Assembly (NCBI GenBank): GCA_031409275.1
Contig: JANNXA010000027.1
Span: 114,146-178,145, forward strand
Reading direction: 5' to 3'
Source: Planctomycetota bacterium
GTDB taxonomy: Bacteria; Planctomycetota; B15-G4; SIAN01
DNA length: 64,000 nt
In this document: positions 30,173 to 42,619 of the stretch, piece after piece
Layout of the letters: every line of letters begins with the position of its first letter
Numbering within the stretch: position 1 is the first letter of the stretch
The notes under the pieces: model-generated
Told to the model about the DNA's origin: nothing
What the model saw: only the letters and a program-made list of their open reading frames with translations
The model's database searches: none
Position numbers and translations under genes: made by a program

Positions 30173-32740
30173 ATGGCTTCAACCCCCGATCCGCGCTCCG
30201 CCGCCGAAACGCAGCACGGCCAGGCCTATCTCGACACCGCGATCACCGTCGAGCGGCAGCTTGGGCGCGAAACGCTGCGCCTCTCGACCGGACTTCTGGC
30301 CCGCCAGGCCGACGGATCGGTGATGGTGAGCTACCGCGATTCGCACGTGCTCGTGGCCGTCTCCTCCGCCAAGCCGTGGCGCGAGCAGGACTTCTTCCCG
30401 CTCACCGTCGACTACCGCGAGCGCACCTCGGCCGCGGGCAAGTTCCCGGGCGGCTTCATCAAGCGTGAAACGCGTCCGACGCAGAAGGAAGTCCTCACTT
30501 CGCGCCTGATGGATCGTCCGATCCGCCCGCTCTTCGCGGACGGCTACAAGGACGAAGTCGAGATCATGGCCACCGTGATCTCCGCCGACCCGGACTTCGA
30601 TCCGGACGTGCTCGGCGTCATCGGCGCGATGGCGTGCCTCCACATCTCGAAGATCCCGTACCTCGGCCCCGGCGGCGCGGTGCGCGTCGCGCTGAAGAAC
30701 GGTCAGCCGATCCTGATGCCGACCGACGCCGAGCGCAAAGAGGGCGAGCTCGACCTCGTCGTCGCCGGCCATCGCAGCGCGGTCTCGATGGTCGAAGCCG
30801 GCGCCAAGGGCATCAGCGAAGAAGCGATGCACGGCGCCATCGAGTTCGGCTGGAAGGCGATCCAGACCATCTGCGACGCGCTCGACGAGCTGCGCCAGAA
30901 GGCGGGCAAGCCGAAGCTCACGGTCGTCGCTCCGGTCCGCGACGAGGCGACCTACGCGAAGATGAAGTCCGAGGCGTGGAACGATCTGCGCACCGCGATC
31001 CTGACGCCTGGGAAGCACGCGCAGAAGGTCGCGATCAAGGAGTTCGGCAGCAAGCTCGTCGAGCGTCACGCCGCCGGACTCGCCGCGGGCACGCCCGAGC
31101 GTGACAAGCGCGAGAAGGAGCTGAAGAGCCTCTACGGCGACCTCGTCTCCGAGCGCACTCGCGAGCTGATCCTCGCCGAGGATCTGCGCGCCGACGGTCG
31201 CGACCTGCGCACCGTTCGCCCGATCCGCATCGCGCTCGGCGTCCTGCCGCGCGTCCACGGCACGGCGATCTTCACGCGCGGCGAAACGCAGTCGCTCACC
31301 CAAGTCACGCTCGGCACCCAGGACGACGAGCAGCGCGTCGACGGCCTGCGCGAGCCGATCCGCAAGCGCTTCTATCTCGACTACAACTTCCCGCCGTTCA
31401 GCGTCAACGAGGTCAAGCCGATCCGCGGCCCGGGCCGGCGCGAAATCGGCCACGGCATGCTCGCCGAGCGTGCGCTGGCGGCGGTGGTCCCGTCGGACGA
31501 GGTCTTCCCCTACACCATCCGTGTCATCTCCGACATCCTCGAGAGCAACGGCAGTTCGTCGATGGCGACGGTTTGCGCCGGATCGCTGGCAATGATGGAT
31601 GCCGGCGTGCCGTTGACCGCTCCGGTGGCCGGCATCGCGATGGGGCTCGTGACCGACGGCAAGCGCACCAAGATCCTCTCCGACATCCTCGGCGGCGAAG
31701 ATCACGACGGCGACATGGACTTCAAGGTGGCGGGCACGACGGCCGGCATCACCGCCATGCAGATGGACGTCAAGATCAAGGGGCTCGACCTCGCGATCAT
31801 GAAGCAGGCGCTCGCGCAGGCGCGCGAGGGCCGTCTGCACATCCTGAGCGTCATGGGCTCGGTGATCTCCGCCGGGCGTGCGACGGTTTCTCAGCACGCG
31901 CCGCGCGTCCTGCGCCGCGTGATCCCGATCGAGAAGATCGGCGCGCTCATCGGGCCGGGCGGCAAGAACATCCGGATGATCCAGGAGCGCACTGGCACCG
32001 ACGTCGAGGTCGACGACACCGGCAAGGTCATCATCTCGGGCAAGAGCCTCGAGGCGATCGAAGAGGCCGGTCGCTTCGTCGATGCCTTCACCAAGGAGGT
32101 CAACCTCGGCGATCAGTTCGAGGCGACCGTCATCGAGATCAAGGAGTTCGGCGCCTTCGTCGAGCTCGTGCCAGGCCAGGAGGCGCTGCTGCACGTGTCG
32201 GAGATGGCCGACACCTTCGTCAACAATCCGCACGACGTCGTTCAGATCGGCATGAAGCTCAAGGTCAAGGTGATCTTCGTCGACCCGAGCGGCAAGGTGA
32301 AGGTCAGCGCGCGAACCAACCCCGGCACTCCGGGTGGTGGTGGTCGGCGCGACGACGGCCCGCGTCCGCCGCGCCGAGATGACGGCGGCGGCCGTGGCGG
32401 CCCGCCGCGCGGCGGCGGGGGCTACGGCGGTGGTGGTGGCGGTGGTGGATACGGCGGGGGCGGTGGCGGTGGCCCGCCGCGCGGCGACGGAGGCGGGTTC
32501 GGCGGCGGTGGTGGTGGTCACGGCGGCGGTGGTGGTCACGGCGGCGGTGGCAATCGCCCCGACGACCGCGGACCCGCGCCGCAAATGGCGCCCGAGCAGC
32601 CGCAGCAGCCGCAGCAGCCCCAGCCCGCGTTCGACGATTTCGATCCGATGAGCGGGCCCGGCGACGGCAACGACGCAGGGCAAGGAGACGGTGGTGGCGG
32701 CGGAGACGGCGGTGGCCGTCGGCGCCGGCGCCGGCGCTGA
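30173..32740 (+). CDS. pnp: Polyribonucleotide nucleotidyltransferase (PNPase) with Gly/Arg-rich C-terminal tail
   Basis: FFPLTVDYRE...AAGKFPGGFIKRE, RREIGHG and GDMDFKVAGT, plus KH (IGALIGPGGKNI) and S1 domains. Follows rpsO. Confidence 0.97.
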   Translation: MASTPDPRSAAETQHGQAYLDTAITVERQLGRETLRLSTGLLARQADGSVMVSYRDSHVLVAVSSAKPWREQDFFPLTVDYRERTSAAGKFPGGFIKRETRPTQKEVLTSRLMDRPIRPLFADGYKDEVEIMATVISADPDFDPDVLGVIGAMACLHISKIPYLGPGGAVRVALKNGQPILMPTDAERKEGELDLVVAGHRSAVSMVEAGAKGISEEAMHGAIEFGWKAIQTICDALDELRQKAGKPKLTVVAPVRDEATYAKMKSEAWNDLRTAILTPGKHAQKVAIKEFGSKLVERHAAGLAAGTPERDKREKELKSLYGDLVSERTRELILAEDLRADGRDLRTVRPIRIALGVLPRVHGTAIFTRGETQSLTQVTLGTQDDEQRVDGLREPIRKRFYLDYNFPPFSVNEVKPIRGPGRREIGHGMLAERALAAVVPSDEVFPYTIRVISDILESNGSSSMATVCAGSLAMMDAGVPLTAPVAGIAMGLVTDGKRTKILSDILGGEDHDGDMDFKVAGTTAGITAMQMDVKIKGLDLAIMKQALAQAREGRLHILSVMGSVISAGRATVSQHAPRVLRRVIPIEKIGALIGPGGKNIRMIQERTGTDVEVDDTGKVIISGKSLEAIEEAGRFVDAFTKEVNLGDQFEATVIEIKEFGAFVELVPGQEALLHVSEMADTFVNNPHDVVQIGMKLKVKVIFVDPSGKVKVSARTNPGTPGGGGRRDDGPRPPRRDDGGGRGGPPRGGGGYGGGGGGGGYGGGGGGGPPRGDGGGFGGGGGGHGGGGGHGGGGNRPDDRGPAPQMAPEQPQQPQQPQPAFDDFDPMSGPGDGNDAGQGDGGGGGDGGGRRRRRRR

Positions 32741-33022
32741 TTGTGCCGCAGGGGGCGGAAAGCGGCCGTTCAGTGCGTTGACCGTATTCGACCCGAGGCG
32801 AGCTGGCATCCGCGCCGGCCCAGTCAGGAGACGTTCGTAGCAGCAAGCGAACGATGAGAGACGCCGGCGTCGTGTTCAGGGCGCCGGTCGACCGCGTGAG
32901 GGACGTGCCGCTTGGTTACCGCGGTCCCGCGGACACGAAGCCACGACGGTCCAAGTTCAAGCGAGCAACGGCAGAGATGCCGGCACCCATGGGACCTGCG
33001 ACAGTGCCAGGAGTTCGAGTCC

Positions 33023-33235
33023 ATGCCGCAAGGGAAGATCAAGTGGTTCGACAACAAGAAGGGGTACGGCTTCATCTCCATCGAGGGGATGGAAGACATC
33101 TTCGTCCACTATTCGCAGATCGACGGCGAGGGGTTCAAGACGCTTCGCGACGGTGAGTCGGTCGAATGCGACGTGGTCCAGGGCACCAAGGGGCTCTACG
33201 CCGAGAAGGTCAAGCGGCTCGAGCCGGTGACCTGA
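33023..33235 (+). CDS. csp: Cold-shock domain protein
   Basis: GKIKWFDNKKGYGFI...DIFVHYSQI..EGFKTL, with a GGAG RBS upstream. Confidence 0.95.
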   Translation: MPQGKIKWFDNKKGYGFISIEGMEDIFVHYSQIDGEGFKTLRDGESVECDVVQGTKGLYAEKVKRLEPVT

Positions 33236-33438
33236 ACTCGCGCCCGCGTCGAGCGGGCAATCGTCGATCTTCGCGGCCCGGCTGGACTCAGGTTCAGCCG
33301 GGCCGCTCTCGTTGCGCTCGAAGCGCGGTGCGCCGTTGCAAAGTCGCTTCGAGCCCCGAAAGAGACGAGCCCCAAGCTCCGCTCGCGCGGGGCATGGGGC
33401 TCGTCGGAAGATCGGCGTTTGCGCCAGAGAGGTCCGGC

Positions 33439-36400
33439 TCAGAACTCGGCGCGCACCTGGATGCTCTCGACCGCCGGCAGCCGCGTGTGGATCGACAACT
33501 GGCTGTTGTCGGCCGTCGTGTCGAACGTGATGCGCCAACGCAGGAACTGTCGGCCGTTGGCGATCGCGACGTTCGACGACCATGCGGTCAGGCTGGCAGG
33601 GTCGACTTCTTTCGAGCCGTCGACGATCGAGTCCGCGCCTTGGAACTCCACCTTGATGGTGGCGTTCAGCGGAATGAAGTCGGCGCGCGGCTCCTCGCCC
33701 TTCAGGTAGGTCTTGCTGCCTGGATCGATCTGGCCGAGGTACCCGCAGACGATGTCCGTCGTCGAGGGCGAGAGGACGTTGCCCGCCGAGTCGGTCGCGA
33801 CGAAGCCGCTTCCGTTCAGTCCGCTGAAGGAGAAGACCGGGTTGGTATTGGAGGGCGCGCGCTTGATGACGCGGCCGAAGTCGGCCCAGGTCGAGATCGC
33901 GACGCTGATCGGCGTGAACTCGACCGGGGCGAGCGTGTTGGTCGGGTCGATCCAGGAACTCGGCGGGCGGATGCTGCCGTTGGTGTCCGTGGTGCCTGGG
34001 AACGTCACCGTGGCGATGTTGCCCGACGGCACCTGCAACTGGATCAGTCCGTTGCCGCCATCGCCGCCGTCGCCAGCGGTGCCACTGCCCGAGTTCCCGC
34101 AGTCGAGGTAGTCGTTGTCCGGCGAAGCGTCATCGCCGAAGCCGCGACGCACGTCGATCACGGCGTTCTGCTTGACCGTGACGCTGGTGGACGACTGGAG
34201 GATCACCATGCCGCCGGCTCCGCCGCCGCCACCGCCGCCACAGTACGAGCAGGCGATGCCCTCGCCGCCTCCGCCGTTGCCGCCCACGGCGTCGATGAGT
34301 GCCGTCGCTTCCAGCGTGATCGCCCCGAGCGCTTGCAGCAGGAAGGCGCCGCCACCGCCGCCGCCACCGCCGCCGCGCGAGTCGCCGACGGACGCGGCGC
34401 GGGTGTTGTTGTTGACGAATCCGTCGAAGGGACCGCAGCAGTTGTCGTTGGTCGTGTCGGAGTCGAGTTCGCACCATTTACCGCAGTAGTAGGCGTCGGC
34501 CAACGTGCCGCCACCGCCGCCGCCCTGGCCACCGATCAGTCGCTTCAACTGGCCGAGCTTGCCGAAATAGTCGTTGGTCGTGGTGCCGTCGTCAGCGAAT
34601 GGATGAGCGCCCGGCGTTCCGGCAAGGCACGTGGTGTCCGTGCGGATGATCCACTTGCCCGTGCCGTCCGGCAGCACGTTGGCGATGCCGTTCATCACGT
34701 TGCCGCTGGTGTCCTTGGGGGTCAGCCCCTCGCGGAAGTGCGAGCCGCCGCCGCCGCCGGCGATCTTGCAGTTCGAGTTCCCGCTTCGGAACTCGTCGCA
34801 CGTTCCCCATTCGTGGTCGGTCGCGTATTTGCCAGAGACCGGCACATCGAGGATGCCGCTCTGGGCGCCCGTGCCGCCAATCCGCTTCATGACCCCGTCC
34901 ACCGGGTCGATCCCGAAACCGGTCTCTGCCCACTGCGGCGTCACCAGCGTCAGGTAGTTGATGGTGTCCGCGGGGAAGAACGCGACTGGGTGGGCATCCC
35001 CGCCGCGCCCGCCGCCCGCGACGGAGGCGCCGCCCGGGATCGAGGTGATTGCGGAGTCGTAGGCGAACTCGCTCGAGCCGTTGTCCCCTCGAACGACGAT
35101 GTCGCCCGCGATGCGCACCGATCCGGTGGCCGTGATGACCAGCGGATTGCTGCCGGCCGGCTGCAGGCTGACCCCGTCAGGAATGTCGATGTCGGTGAAG
35201 TTGAAGACGCCGCCGATGACCACGGTGTTGGGCTTCGCGTCGGGAGTCGAGCCGTCGAGCAACGGGAACGTCTGCGACGTGGTGTCGAGGATGACCACGT
35301 TGGTTTGCCCGCTGGCCGGTTGAGCCGGCAGGAAGCGCCCGAGTGCGCCGTCACCATCGAATTCGAGCGCGGCCTGCAGGATGGAAGAGTGGTTCACGTT
35401 CCAGTCGGCGGGCAGGTTGCCGGCGCCGATCTGGTCGATGTCGCCCTCTTCGCGCGAGTTGTCGTCGAAGTCCTCGACGAACGCGTCCGCGATGGTCCCC
35501 GATGGAGCGGTCGCGACAGTGAAGGTCGTGGCCACGACCGGGCCGCCGGCCGGCGTGCCCGACTGCGCGAGTCCTTGCAACTCGGCGTCGTACTGAAGCG
35601 CCAGCATGTGACCGAACGGCAAGATGCCCGAAGGCGTGATCTCGACCAACGCACGATCCGTCTCATTCTCCAGCAGCCGGAGGTCGATTCCGAGCGGCAG
35701 GCCGTTGTCGTCGAGATCAACCAGCTGGAAAACGGTGTCGTTCAGGTTGGTAGTCGCAGGGTTGAGCGGGCCATCGAACGACAGCTGGAAGCGCTGCGGC
35801 GCCGGGAACAGCTGGTCGGGATCACTGAAAAGGTTGGGTGAGATCCCGGAAGAACCGTCGACCGGATCGACGTCGACGAGCTGCGGAGTGGTCGCCGCGA
35901 CGCCGCGGAAAGCGTCGGCGGTTGGCGTCGGCAGCGTTCGAAAGCGGATGAAGATGCCGCCACTATCGAGGGCGTCGGGGAAACTTGCGCGCAGAGTCGG
36001 CGCGACGCTTCGAACGAAGGAAAACGAGGCCGGTCCCAATCGGATCGTGTAGCCCTGGTTGAAGAGCAACCCGGCGCCGCCGTTGTCGAGCTGGCCGTTG
36101 ACCGTCGTCCCGACCGGCCGCACCGGCAGAGAGGGAGTGAACGTGACGACCGAACCGGCGACTTCGAACGTGCCGGATACCGGCAAGTTGGAGGCATCGA
36201 GGATCGGAATCACCGTCGCGTTGATGCGGTTGGGGTCGGGGTTTCCGCTGAACGTGAACTCGACCGACTGCACCAACGACGCGGTCTGCGGCGGAGACGT
36301 CTCCGGCTCGGAGTTGACGTCGTTGGGATCGGGGAAACGGACGGCGAGGAGCGTGGCCGACGACTCGTAGGAGCTAGCACCGGTCGTGCTCTTGCCACCG

Positions 36401-36504
36401 GAGCCGCAGCCAAACAGCAAGGCGGTCAGTAGCGCGGTTCCAGCGACGCGGACGAACTGGCACCGACCGTCGGCCGGTGCCAAATGGGCGTACGGAATCA
36501 ACAT
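33439..36504 (-). CDS. Large surface lipoprotein with Ig-like domains and a polyglycine-rich region
   Basis: Lipobox LFGC, Ig-like segments (VEFTFS...[15 protein letters not shown]) and repeated [21 protein letters not shown] strand motifs with Cys clusters. Confidence 0.72.
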   Translation of the reverse strand: MLIPYAHLAPADGRCQFVRVAGTALLTALLFGCGSGGKSTTGASSYESSATLLAVRFPDPNDVNSEPETSPPQTASLVQSVEFTFSGNPDPNRINATVIPILDASNLPVSGTFEVAGSVVTFTPSLPVRPVGTTVNGQLDNGGAGLLFNQGYTIRLGPASFSFVRSVAPTLRASFPDALDSGGIFIRFRTLPTPTADAFRGVAATTPQLVDVDPVDGSSGISPNLFSDPDQLFPAPQRFQLSFDGPLNPATTNLNDTVFQLVDLDDNGLPLGIDLRLLENETDRALVEITPSGILPFGHMLALQYDAELQGLAQSGTPAGGPVVATTFTVATAPSGTIADAFVEDFDDNSREEGDIDQIGAGNLPADWNVNHSSILQAALEFDGDGALGRFLPAQPASGQTNVVILDTTSQTFPLLDGSTPDAKPNTVVIGGVFNFTDIDIPDGVSLQPAGSNPLVITATGSVRIAGDIVVRGDNGSSEFAYDSAITSIPGGASVAGGGRGGDAHPVAFFPADTINYLTLVTPQWAETGFGIDPVDGVMKRIGGTGAQSGILDVPVSGKYATDHEWGTCDEFRSGNSNCKIAGGGGGSHFREGLTPKDTSGNVMNGIANVLPDGTGKWIIRTDTTCLAGTPGAHPFADDGTTTNDYFGKLGQLKRLIGGQGGGGGGTLADAYYCGKWCELDSDTTNDNCCGPFDGFVNNNTRAASVGDSRGGGGGGGGGAFLLQALGAITLEATALIDAVGGNGGGGEGIACSYCGGGGGGGAGGMVILQSSTSVTVKQNAVIDVRRGFGDDASPDNDYLDCGNSGSGTAGDGGDGGNGLIQLQVPSGNIATVTFPGTTDTNGSIRPPSSWIDPTNTLAPVEFTPISVAISTWADFGRVIKRAPSNTNPVFSFSGLNGSGFVATDSAGNVLSPSTTDIVCGYLGQIDPGSKTYLKGEEPRADFIPLNATIKVEFQGADSIVDGSKEVDPASLTAWSSNVAIANGRQFLRWRITFDTTADNSQLSIHTRLPAVESIQVRAEF

Positions 36505-36754
36505 CCCCGAGATCTCCTGTTCTGCGACCGCGGCCTTCTCCGAGTTCCACGTAGCTGGAACTTCCGGATATGGCAACGACCTCGCCTCGGACCGCCCCTC
36601 TGCGAGAAGTGGCCCTGGCAAGCGTGGTGGTTTCTTCTGCGGCGACGCTTTAACTATCGCTCGTTCGCCTCGGCCGCAACGCTCGGGTTGCAACGATCGC
36701 GTGGCGGTGGAGCGCGGAGACCCGGGGCACAGCGGCCCGACGTCACGAGACTTC

Positions 36755-39700
36755 ATGCGCGTCGTCGTCTTTCAATTCCTCGCGTCGTTGGCGTGCGCTC
36801 CGCCTGCCCTCGCGGCGGAGACGCCGGCGGCGCTTCCGTGCCCGGCGGCGCGAAACGCCATCACTGTCGACGGCGACCTCAAGGAGTGGGGACTCGTCGA
36901 GGGCGATTGGCACGTCCTGACCGGGCGAGGTTCGGAACTAGCCCAGAAAGACCTGAGCGCGACCGCCGTCCTTCGTTACGACGCGGACGCCCTCTATCTC
37001 GCGCTCCGATTGCAGGACGAGAAGCGCATCGTCGACACCCCCAATTTCTGGGACGCCGACGGAATCGACCTCTACTTCGAGGGTGGCGAGTCCGATTCGC
37101 AGTCGCCCGGCGGCACCAGCCGCACGCGGCTGGTCTTGCTCCCTTTCAACGCCGGGCGCCGATTTGGCGTCATCACGTGGCGTGGAAAGCAGGTCCTCGG
37201 CGCCGGCGGCCTGACCGGGGTCGAAGTTGCGGCTCACGAACTGGCGGTCGGAAGTGGAGCTTTCGTCGTCGAGGCGCGGGTCCCGTGGCGACCGCTGCGA
37301 CTTGACCCCAACGGTACGACCCCGATCGGCTTCGACCTGGCTTTGCGCGACCGCGACAGCGGCGACCGCGCGGAGGGCGACGCGCCGCTCGCGCGCGCGA
37401 CGCTGTCGCTCAGCGGGCAGATCGACCGCACGCGTCTCGACGAACCGCTCCCACTTCTGGAGCTGAGCGGCGAGCCCCCTTCGAGGCGCTCGAGCGGTCG
37501 CTTCACGTCGAGCGGCATCGGACTCGCCGTGGCGCTCGCGATCCTGGTGGTGTCCTGGGGAGTCGGCAAGTCGGCCAAGCGAGCCCAGCGCGTCCTTCAG
37601 ATCCGCATTCCCCGTTGGCGGGTGGTGGGCCCGGTCGTCTTCGGCATCGGCGCGCTCCTTCTGGTGTTTGGCGTCGATGCCGCTGATCTGTTGGCGACAT
37701 GGCGAGCGGAGGCGCGCCTACGCGAGCGTGGCGAACAGGTCGCCGCAGCGTTCGCCGAGCTCGAACTCACGGAGGTGGCGGCGCGGTTGCGCGGCGCCGA
37801 CGAGACGACGCTGCGGGAGCTGCTCGAAGGGCGGGAGCTGGCGATCCCCGAATCGAATCGCTTCGAGCAGATCGCGCTGCTCGGCGAAGACGAGCGCGGG
37901 CCAGGCGACTACCGCTCGCTCGATCCCATCGCGGGCGTGCCGTTCTCCGAGTACGGCGTTCGCCTTGGCGGCACCCGTGGCGCTCCCGACAGCGCCGACC
38001 TGCTGGACGTGGTGCTCGACGTGCCGATGGCGGTTCGTCGCGTCCATCTGGCGATGGCGGCGCTGTTGCCGGAGAGCGCGCGCAAGGCCGGAGGCCAGAT
38101 CGTCGACGCGGTCGAGTTGCAGCTGCGCTCCGCGCAACGGTCGCGCGAGACGGCGCAGATCCAGCGTTTCACCATCGATGACGCGCGCAGCGAGCCGATC
38201 GGCCATCAGGAGCGGGCGTGGGGCCGGGCGCGGCTGCGCGCCGGGCCGCGCGAGGAACCGTGGCTCGCCGCCGAACTCGCCGGACAGGAACTTCGCCACG
38301 TCGACCATTTCGTCGTCGAAGTCGTGCCGCCGGCAGCGGCCGGTGAAGGTGATCCGCTGTTGGCCCGCTTGACGCTGTTGCCGACGCGCGCGGCGGCAGG
38401 AGCGACGCTGTGGGTTTCCGGCATCACGCTCGAACTCGCTGGAGCGACGCCGCGCTACGTTCCGCTGCTCCTTGGCAGCAACGATCGCAATGGCTTCCCG
38501 ATGCCGATGCGCGCGGGGCGGCCGGCGCCGCGCGAGCTGCGGCTGCTCCCGAAAGGCGGCGCTGAGGCGACCCGATCGCTGCTCTATGGCCGGACCGGCC
38601 AGCCACCGCTCGAACTCAAGCGGCTGCGTCTCTACTACCGCGCCGAAGGGCCCGTCCTGCGGGCGTTCTCCGACGCGGCGACCCTTCGCGTGCGAGCGTG
38701 GGTGCTGGTCAGCGTCGAAGGCGAAGCGGAGCCGCGGCGATTCCCGTTGCGGGCCGGACTCGAGATCGACGACGCGCAGCTCTACGAACCGCAGCATCCC
38801 GCCTCGATGACGAGCTTCCTGGCGGCGACGTTCGAGACGCGCCAAGGGTTGCTGCATTACGACGGGTTCGAGCTGCCGCTCGCTCCGTCCGATCCCGCGG
38901 CGTCCTTGCGCGTGACCAAGGTCGAGATCGAGCAACCGCCCGAGACGCGCGGTGCGCTCGTCGTGGCCGGAATGAGCGCGTTGGTGCGAGACGAACCGCC
39001 GCCTCCGCCTCGCCTCGCGGCACTCGTGCTGGCGGGCGGCAAGCTCGCGTTCGCGCCGAAGATCCGTGCGGCGCTCGCCGACGAGACGCTGCCGCTCTCC
39101 TTCGCGGTGGCCCGCGGAGGAGTCGTGCGCCAGGTGGGCGGCGCGCTTCCTCTCGGGGATGCGCAACGACTGCTTGGCACCGGGCTCGTCGGCAGCGATG
39201 CGGCGATCAGCGGCCTCGTCGTGCGTCGCGAACAACGGATCGGCCGTTCGCTGCTGACCCTGCCGTTGACCTGCACCATCGGCGGGATCCGCTACGAAGT
39301 GCTGCTGTCGGTTGAACGGCCGGCGCTGACCGAACTGCGCACGGCACGCGCCGCTGCGGCGTGGATCCTCGGCCTGCTGGCGTTGCCGTTCCTGCTCCTG
39401 CTGCTGGTCGACGCGTTGGCGCGAATCGCCCGCGTCCGTACCCGCCTCTCGTTCCTGTTCTTGCTGACCTCCTTGGCGCCGCTGATCGTCCTCTTCGCCG
39501 TGCTGGCGAACCTCCTCGCCGCCGAGCAGCGCCGTTCCGAGGAGCGTCGATCCGGCGAACTGATCGGGCAGCTGCGCGAGAGGTTGACCCGGCTGTGCGC
39601 ACTGGCTGACGACCACGCGCAGCGCACGTTGCGTGACCTCGAGTCGAGCGAGATCCTCACCGCTCGGGTGAGCGACGATGAAGTGCGGCGCCGACTGCGG

Positions 39701-42619
39701 CAGATGGCGCAGGCTTTCCCGGACCCCGATGTGACGGTGGCGATCGTGGTCGAGGCGCCGAGCGAGGCGGGCGCGGCGCGGCGCATCCACTCGGGCGAGA
39801 TCGTCGCGGCCGATCCTCGATTTGACGCCTCCCACGAAGGACTCGCGTTGTCCTGGGGCGAAGTGGTCTTCTCTGGCTCGGCGGACAACCACCGACGCGG
39901 CTTGAAGGTGCGTGTGGCGGGGCGCGTGGACGTCGCCGCGTTGGCGACCGTCCGCGGCAGCGCCGAGCAGGGCGAAGTGGTCGCGCTGCTCTCGCCGCAC
40001 GTGCGGCGCGAAGGAGTCGACATCGAAGGCGGCGAACCGATCGCGGCGACGGGAGTGTTGCCGCTCGATGGCGGCGCGAAGCGGGCGGCCGCCCGCGATC
40101 TCGATGCCGGTCGCGGCGCCTTCTTTGCACCGCTGCCGGCAGGCGGGACTTGCGGCTACGACTTGCTGCGTGGCTCGTCCGGCGATCCGGTAGCGATCAT
40201 CGCGGCGGCGCTCGATGCGCGACCCGTACGTGTTCGCATCGGCGCTCTTGACGTCGACCTTTCATGGTTCGTGCTAGCGCTTGGTGCAGTGATTCTCGCG
40301 GCGTCGCACTTCCTCGGGTCGGTGGTCACCGAGGGGATCACCCGGCCGCTCGCGCGAGTGCTGCGTGGCGCGCTCGAACGCATCGAGGGGTCAGGCATCG
40401 CGCGTCGCACCACTGGCGTGCCCGGCGACGATGCCGAGGACGAAGTCGCTTCGCTCGAGACGTCGTTCCAGCGTCTGTGGGACGAGCTGGCGCGACGCGG
40501 CAGCCAGCAGGCACTCCTGGTCGAGCTGATCGGGGCGATGGCGCAGCCAGGCGAGCTCTCGGATCGCTCGTTGCGCGCGCTGCGTTTCGTTCGACAGCTT
40601 CTCGGCGGCGAGTCGCTCGGCTGCTGGCTGCACGATCCGGCGGACGATCGCCTCGTGCTGGTGGCCGAACTCTCCGAGGGCGCGCCACTCGGCTGGCCGC
40701 AGCGTCTCGAATTGGACGAAGCGCGCGAATGGCTGCGCGAGCGCAAGGCGTTGTCGATCGCGGCGGATCAGCAATCGCCCGCGATTGCGGCGACGCTCGG
40801 CGGTGGAGCGGTGCGATTGCTCGTCCTGCCGCTCGAACTGGGGGCGCGGGCGATCGGGCTGATCGCCGTCCGACATGGCGAGAGCGCTGACCCGCTCGCC
40901 GGCCACGATCCGGCGCTGGTCAGCGGCGTACTCGGGCAAGTGGCGGCCGGCATCGAGCGCGCACGGCTCGAGACGCGCTCGATCGAAGACGCCGAAACGG
41001 GGCTCTTCGTCCACTCCCATTTCGTCGCGCGACTGAACGAGGAGATCGACCGTGCCGCGCACAGCGATCGGCCGCTCGCAGTGCTTCTGTTGCGGCTCGA
41101 TCCGGAAAACGGAGCGACGTCACTGCGGCGCGAGGAGCTGCGGCGTCACGCGATCGCATGCGCGCGCGAGCTTCGCCGCGCCTGTCGCGAGCGCGAGATC
41201 GTCGGCCGCGCCGCGCCGCTCGAGTTCGAAGTGGTCGCGCCATACGGTGGCCGCACGCGTGCCGAGGAGCTCGCCGCCGATCTCCGCCAGCGCCTCGCGG
41301 ATCCGCAGGCGCTCGGCGCGGAGCTGGCGGGACGGCTGCGAGTGGCGATCGCCGAGTTTCCCGGCGATGCGCGCAGCGTCGATTTTCTCTACGGGCTGCT
41401 CCATCGCCGTCTCGATGCGACTGCAGCAACCGACGTCGCCCCGCCCGCCGCAGAGACGCTCGAGCGCTTCCGTCAGCGCTTTCCCGAGTTTGGTTTCGGT
41501 TCTCCGCGCATGGAGCCGGTGCTGCGCCAGCTCGAGAAGGTCGCGGCGAGTGATGCCAGCGTGCTCTTGCTGGGAGAGACCGGCACCGGCAAGGAGGTCG
41601 CGGCGCAGCTGTTGCACCGACTCGGCCCACGCGCGTCGGGTCCATTCGTCGCGGTTCATTGCGCCGCGTTGCCGGAGAATCTCCTCGAGTCGGAGCTCTT
41701 TGGCCACGAGAAGGGCGCTTTCACGGGCGCGGATCAGCGGCGGCTCGGTCGCTTCGAGCTGGCGCGCGGCGGAACGCTCTTCCTGGATGAAGTCGGAGAG
41801 ATCCCGCTCACGGTTCAGGTCAAACTCCTGCGAGTCCTGCAGGAGCGAAAGGTGCAGCGACTCGGCGGCAGTGAGGAGATTGCGGTCGACGTTCGGCTGG
41901 TGACGGCGACGCATCAGTCGCTCGAACGCGGCGTGGCCCAAGGCACCTTCCGCGAGGATCTTTTCTATCGGTTGAAGGTGGTGACGCTCGAACTGCCGCC
42001 TCTGCGCGAGCGTCTCGACGAGATCCCGCAGCTCGTCGACCGCTTCCTGCAGATGCGCCGCCAGGCCGATCCAACTTGTCGAGTTCGGGGCATCGAGCCA
42101 GCAGCGCTCGACGTCCTCGCGCGCCACCAATGGCCAGGCAACGTCCGCGAGCTACGCAACGTGATCGAGCGCGCCGTCGTGCTCGGCGACGGCGAGTGGG
42201 TTCGTCGCGACGACCTTGAAGTCGCGCAGCCGCCGCAGCCGCCGCAGCAGCTGCGGGCAGTGGAGTCAGGAGCAGCAGTGCCGGCGGCCTCCGCGACTCC
42301 CGCCGCGACTCCCGCCGCGGCTCCCGCCGCGGCTCCCGCCGCGGCCCCGCGTCCGGCCGTGGCGGCGCCGGCGGAGGCTCCGCGTGCCGACCGGACGGCG
42401 GCCGCTCCTCGTCCCTCGTTGACCCCTCGTCAGGTGCGCATCCTCGCGATTGCTCGAGAACACGGCGGAATCGTCACGTCGCGCCAGTATGGGGAGCTTG
42501 AGGGGCTGTCTCAGCGCACAGCTCTTCGTGATCTCAGTGACCTCGTCGCACTCGGCGTCCTGGCTCGAATCGGTACACGTCGCGGCGCGAGCTACCAACT
42601 CTTCGAGTCGACGGAATAG
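36755..42619 (+). CDS. Multi-pass membrane sigma54-dependent transcriptional activator (CBM9-like, HAMP, GAF, degenerate GGDEF, AAA+, wHTH)
   Basis: [10 protein letters not shown]...[14 protein letters not shown]...DGIDLYF...[11 protein letters not shown] (CBM9/DOMON-like), five hydrophobic segments, ITRPLARV...DEVASL (HAMP), [50 protein letters not shown] and terminal [12 protein letters not shown]. Confidence 0.88.
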   Translation: MRVVVFQFLASLACAPPALAAETPAALPCPAARNAITVDGDLKEWGLVEGDWHVLTGRGSELAQKDLSATAVLRYDADALYLALRLQDEKRIVDTPNFWDADGIDLYFEGGESDSQSPGGTSRTRLVLLPFNAGRRFGVITWRGKQVLGAGGLTGVEVAAHELAVGSGAFVVEARVPWRPLRLDPNGTTPIGFDLALRDRDSGDRAEGDAPLARATLSLSGQIDRTRLDEPLPLLELSGEPPSRRSSGRFTSSGIGLAVALAILVVSWGVGKSAKRAQRVLQIRIPRWRVVGPVVFGIGALLLVFGVDAADLLATWRAEARLRERGEQVAAAFAELELTEVAARLRGADETTLRELLEGRELAIPESNRFEQIALLGEDERGPGDYRSLDPIAGVPFSEYGVRLGGTRGAPDSADLLDVVLDVPMAVRRVHLAMAALLPESARKAGGQIVDAVELQLRSAQRSRETAQIQRFTIDDARSEPIGHQERAWGRARLRAGPREEPWLAAELAGQELRHVDHFVVEVVPPAAAGEGDPLLARLTLLPTRAAAGATLWVSGITLELAGATPRYVPLLLGSNDRNGFPMPMRAGRPAPRELRLLPKGGAEATRSLLYGRTGQPPLELKRLRLYYRAEGPVLRAFSDAATLRVRAWVLVSVEGEAEPRRFPLRAGLEIDDAQLYEPQHPASMTSFLAATFETRQGLLHYDGFELPLAPSDPAASLRVTKVEIEQPPETRGALVVAGMSALVRDEPPPPPRLAALVLAGGKLAFAPKIRAALADETLPLSFAVARGGVVRQVGGALPLGDAQRLLGTGLVGSDAAISGLVVRREQRIGRSLLTLPLTCTIGGIRYEVLLSVERPALTELRTARAAAAWILGLLALPFLLLLLVDALARIARVRTRLSFLFLLTSLAPLIVLFAVLANLLAAEQRRSEERRSGELIGQLRERLTRLCALADDHAQRTLRDLESSEILTARVSDDEVRRRLRQMAQAFPDPDVTVAIVVEAPSEAGAARRIHSGEIVAADPRFDASHEGLALSWGEVVFSGSADNHRRGLKVRVAGRVDVAALATVRGSAEQGEVVALLSPHVRREGVDIEGGEPIAATGVLPLDGGAKRAAARDLDAGRGAFFAPLPAGGTCGYDLLRGSSGDPVAIIAAALDARPVRVRIGALDVDLSWFVLALGAVILAASHFLGSVVTEGITRPLARVLRGALERIEGSGIARRTTGVPGDDAEDEVASLETSFQRLWDELARRGSQQALLVELIGAMAQPGELSDRSLRALRFVRQLLGGESLGCWLHDPADDRLVLVAELSEGAPLGWPQRLELDEAREWLRERKALSIAADQQSPAIAATLGGGAVRLLVLPLELGARAIGLIAVRHGESADPLAGHDPALVSGVLGQVAAGIERARLETRSIEDAETGLFVHSHFVARLNEEIDRAAHSDRPLAVLLLRLDPENGATSLRREELRRHAIACARELRRACREREIVGRAAPLEFEVVAPYGGRTRAEELAADLRQRLADPQALGAELAGRLRVAIAEFPGDARSVDFLYGLLHRRLDATAATDVAPPAAETLERFRQRFPEFGFGSPRMEPVLRQLEKVAASDASVLLLGETGTGKEVAAQLLHRLGPRASGPFVAVHCAALPENLLESELFGHEKGAFTGADQRRLGRFELARGGTLFLDEVGEIPLTVQVKLLRVLQERKVQRLGGSEEIAVDVRLVTATHQSLERGVAQGTFREDLFYRLKVVTLELPPLRERLDEIPQLVDRFLQMRRQADPTCRVRGIEPAALDVLARHQWPGNVRELRNVIERAVVLGDGEWVRRDDLEVAQPPQPPQQLRAVESGAAVPAASATPAATPAAAPAAAPAAAPRPAVAAPAEAPRADRTAAAPRPSLTPRQVRILAIAREHGGIVTSRQYGELEGLSQRTALRDLSDLVALGVLARIGTRRGASYQLFESTE
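42291..42349 (+). repeat. 12-bp tandem repeat (~5 copies, CCGCG[A/G]CTCCCG) encoding an ATPA/AAPA linker
   Basis: Read directly in the sequence. The repeat is in frame, between the AAA+ and wHTH domains. Confidence 0.8.
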
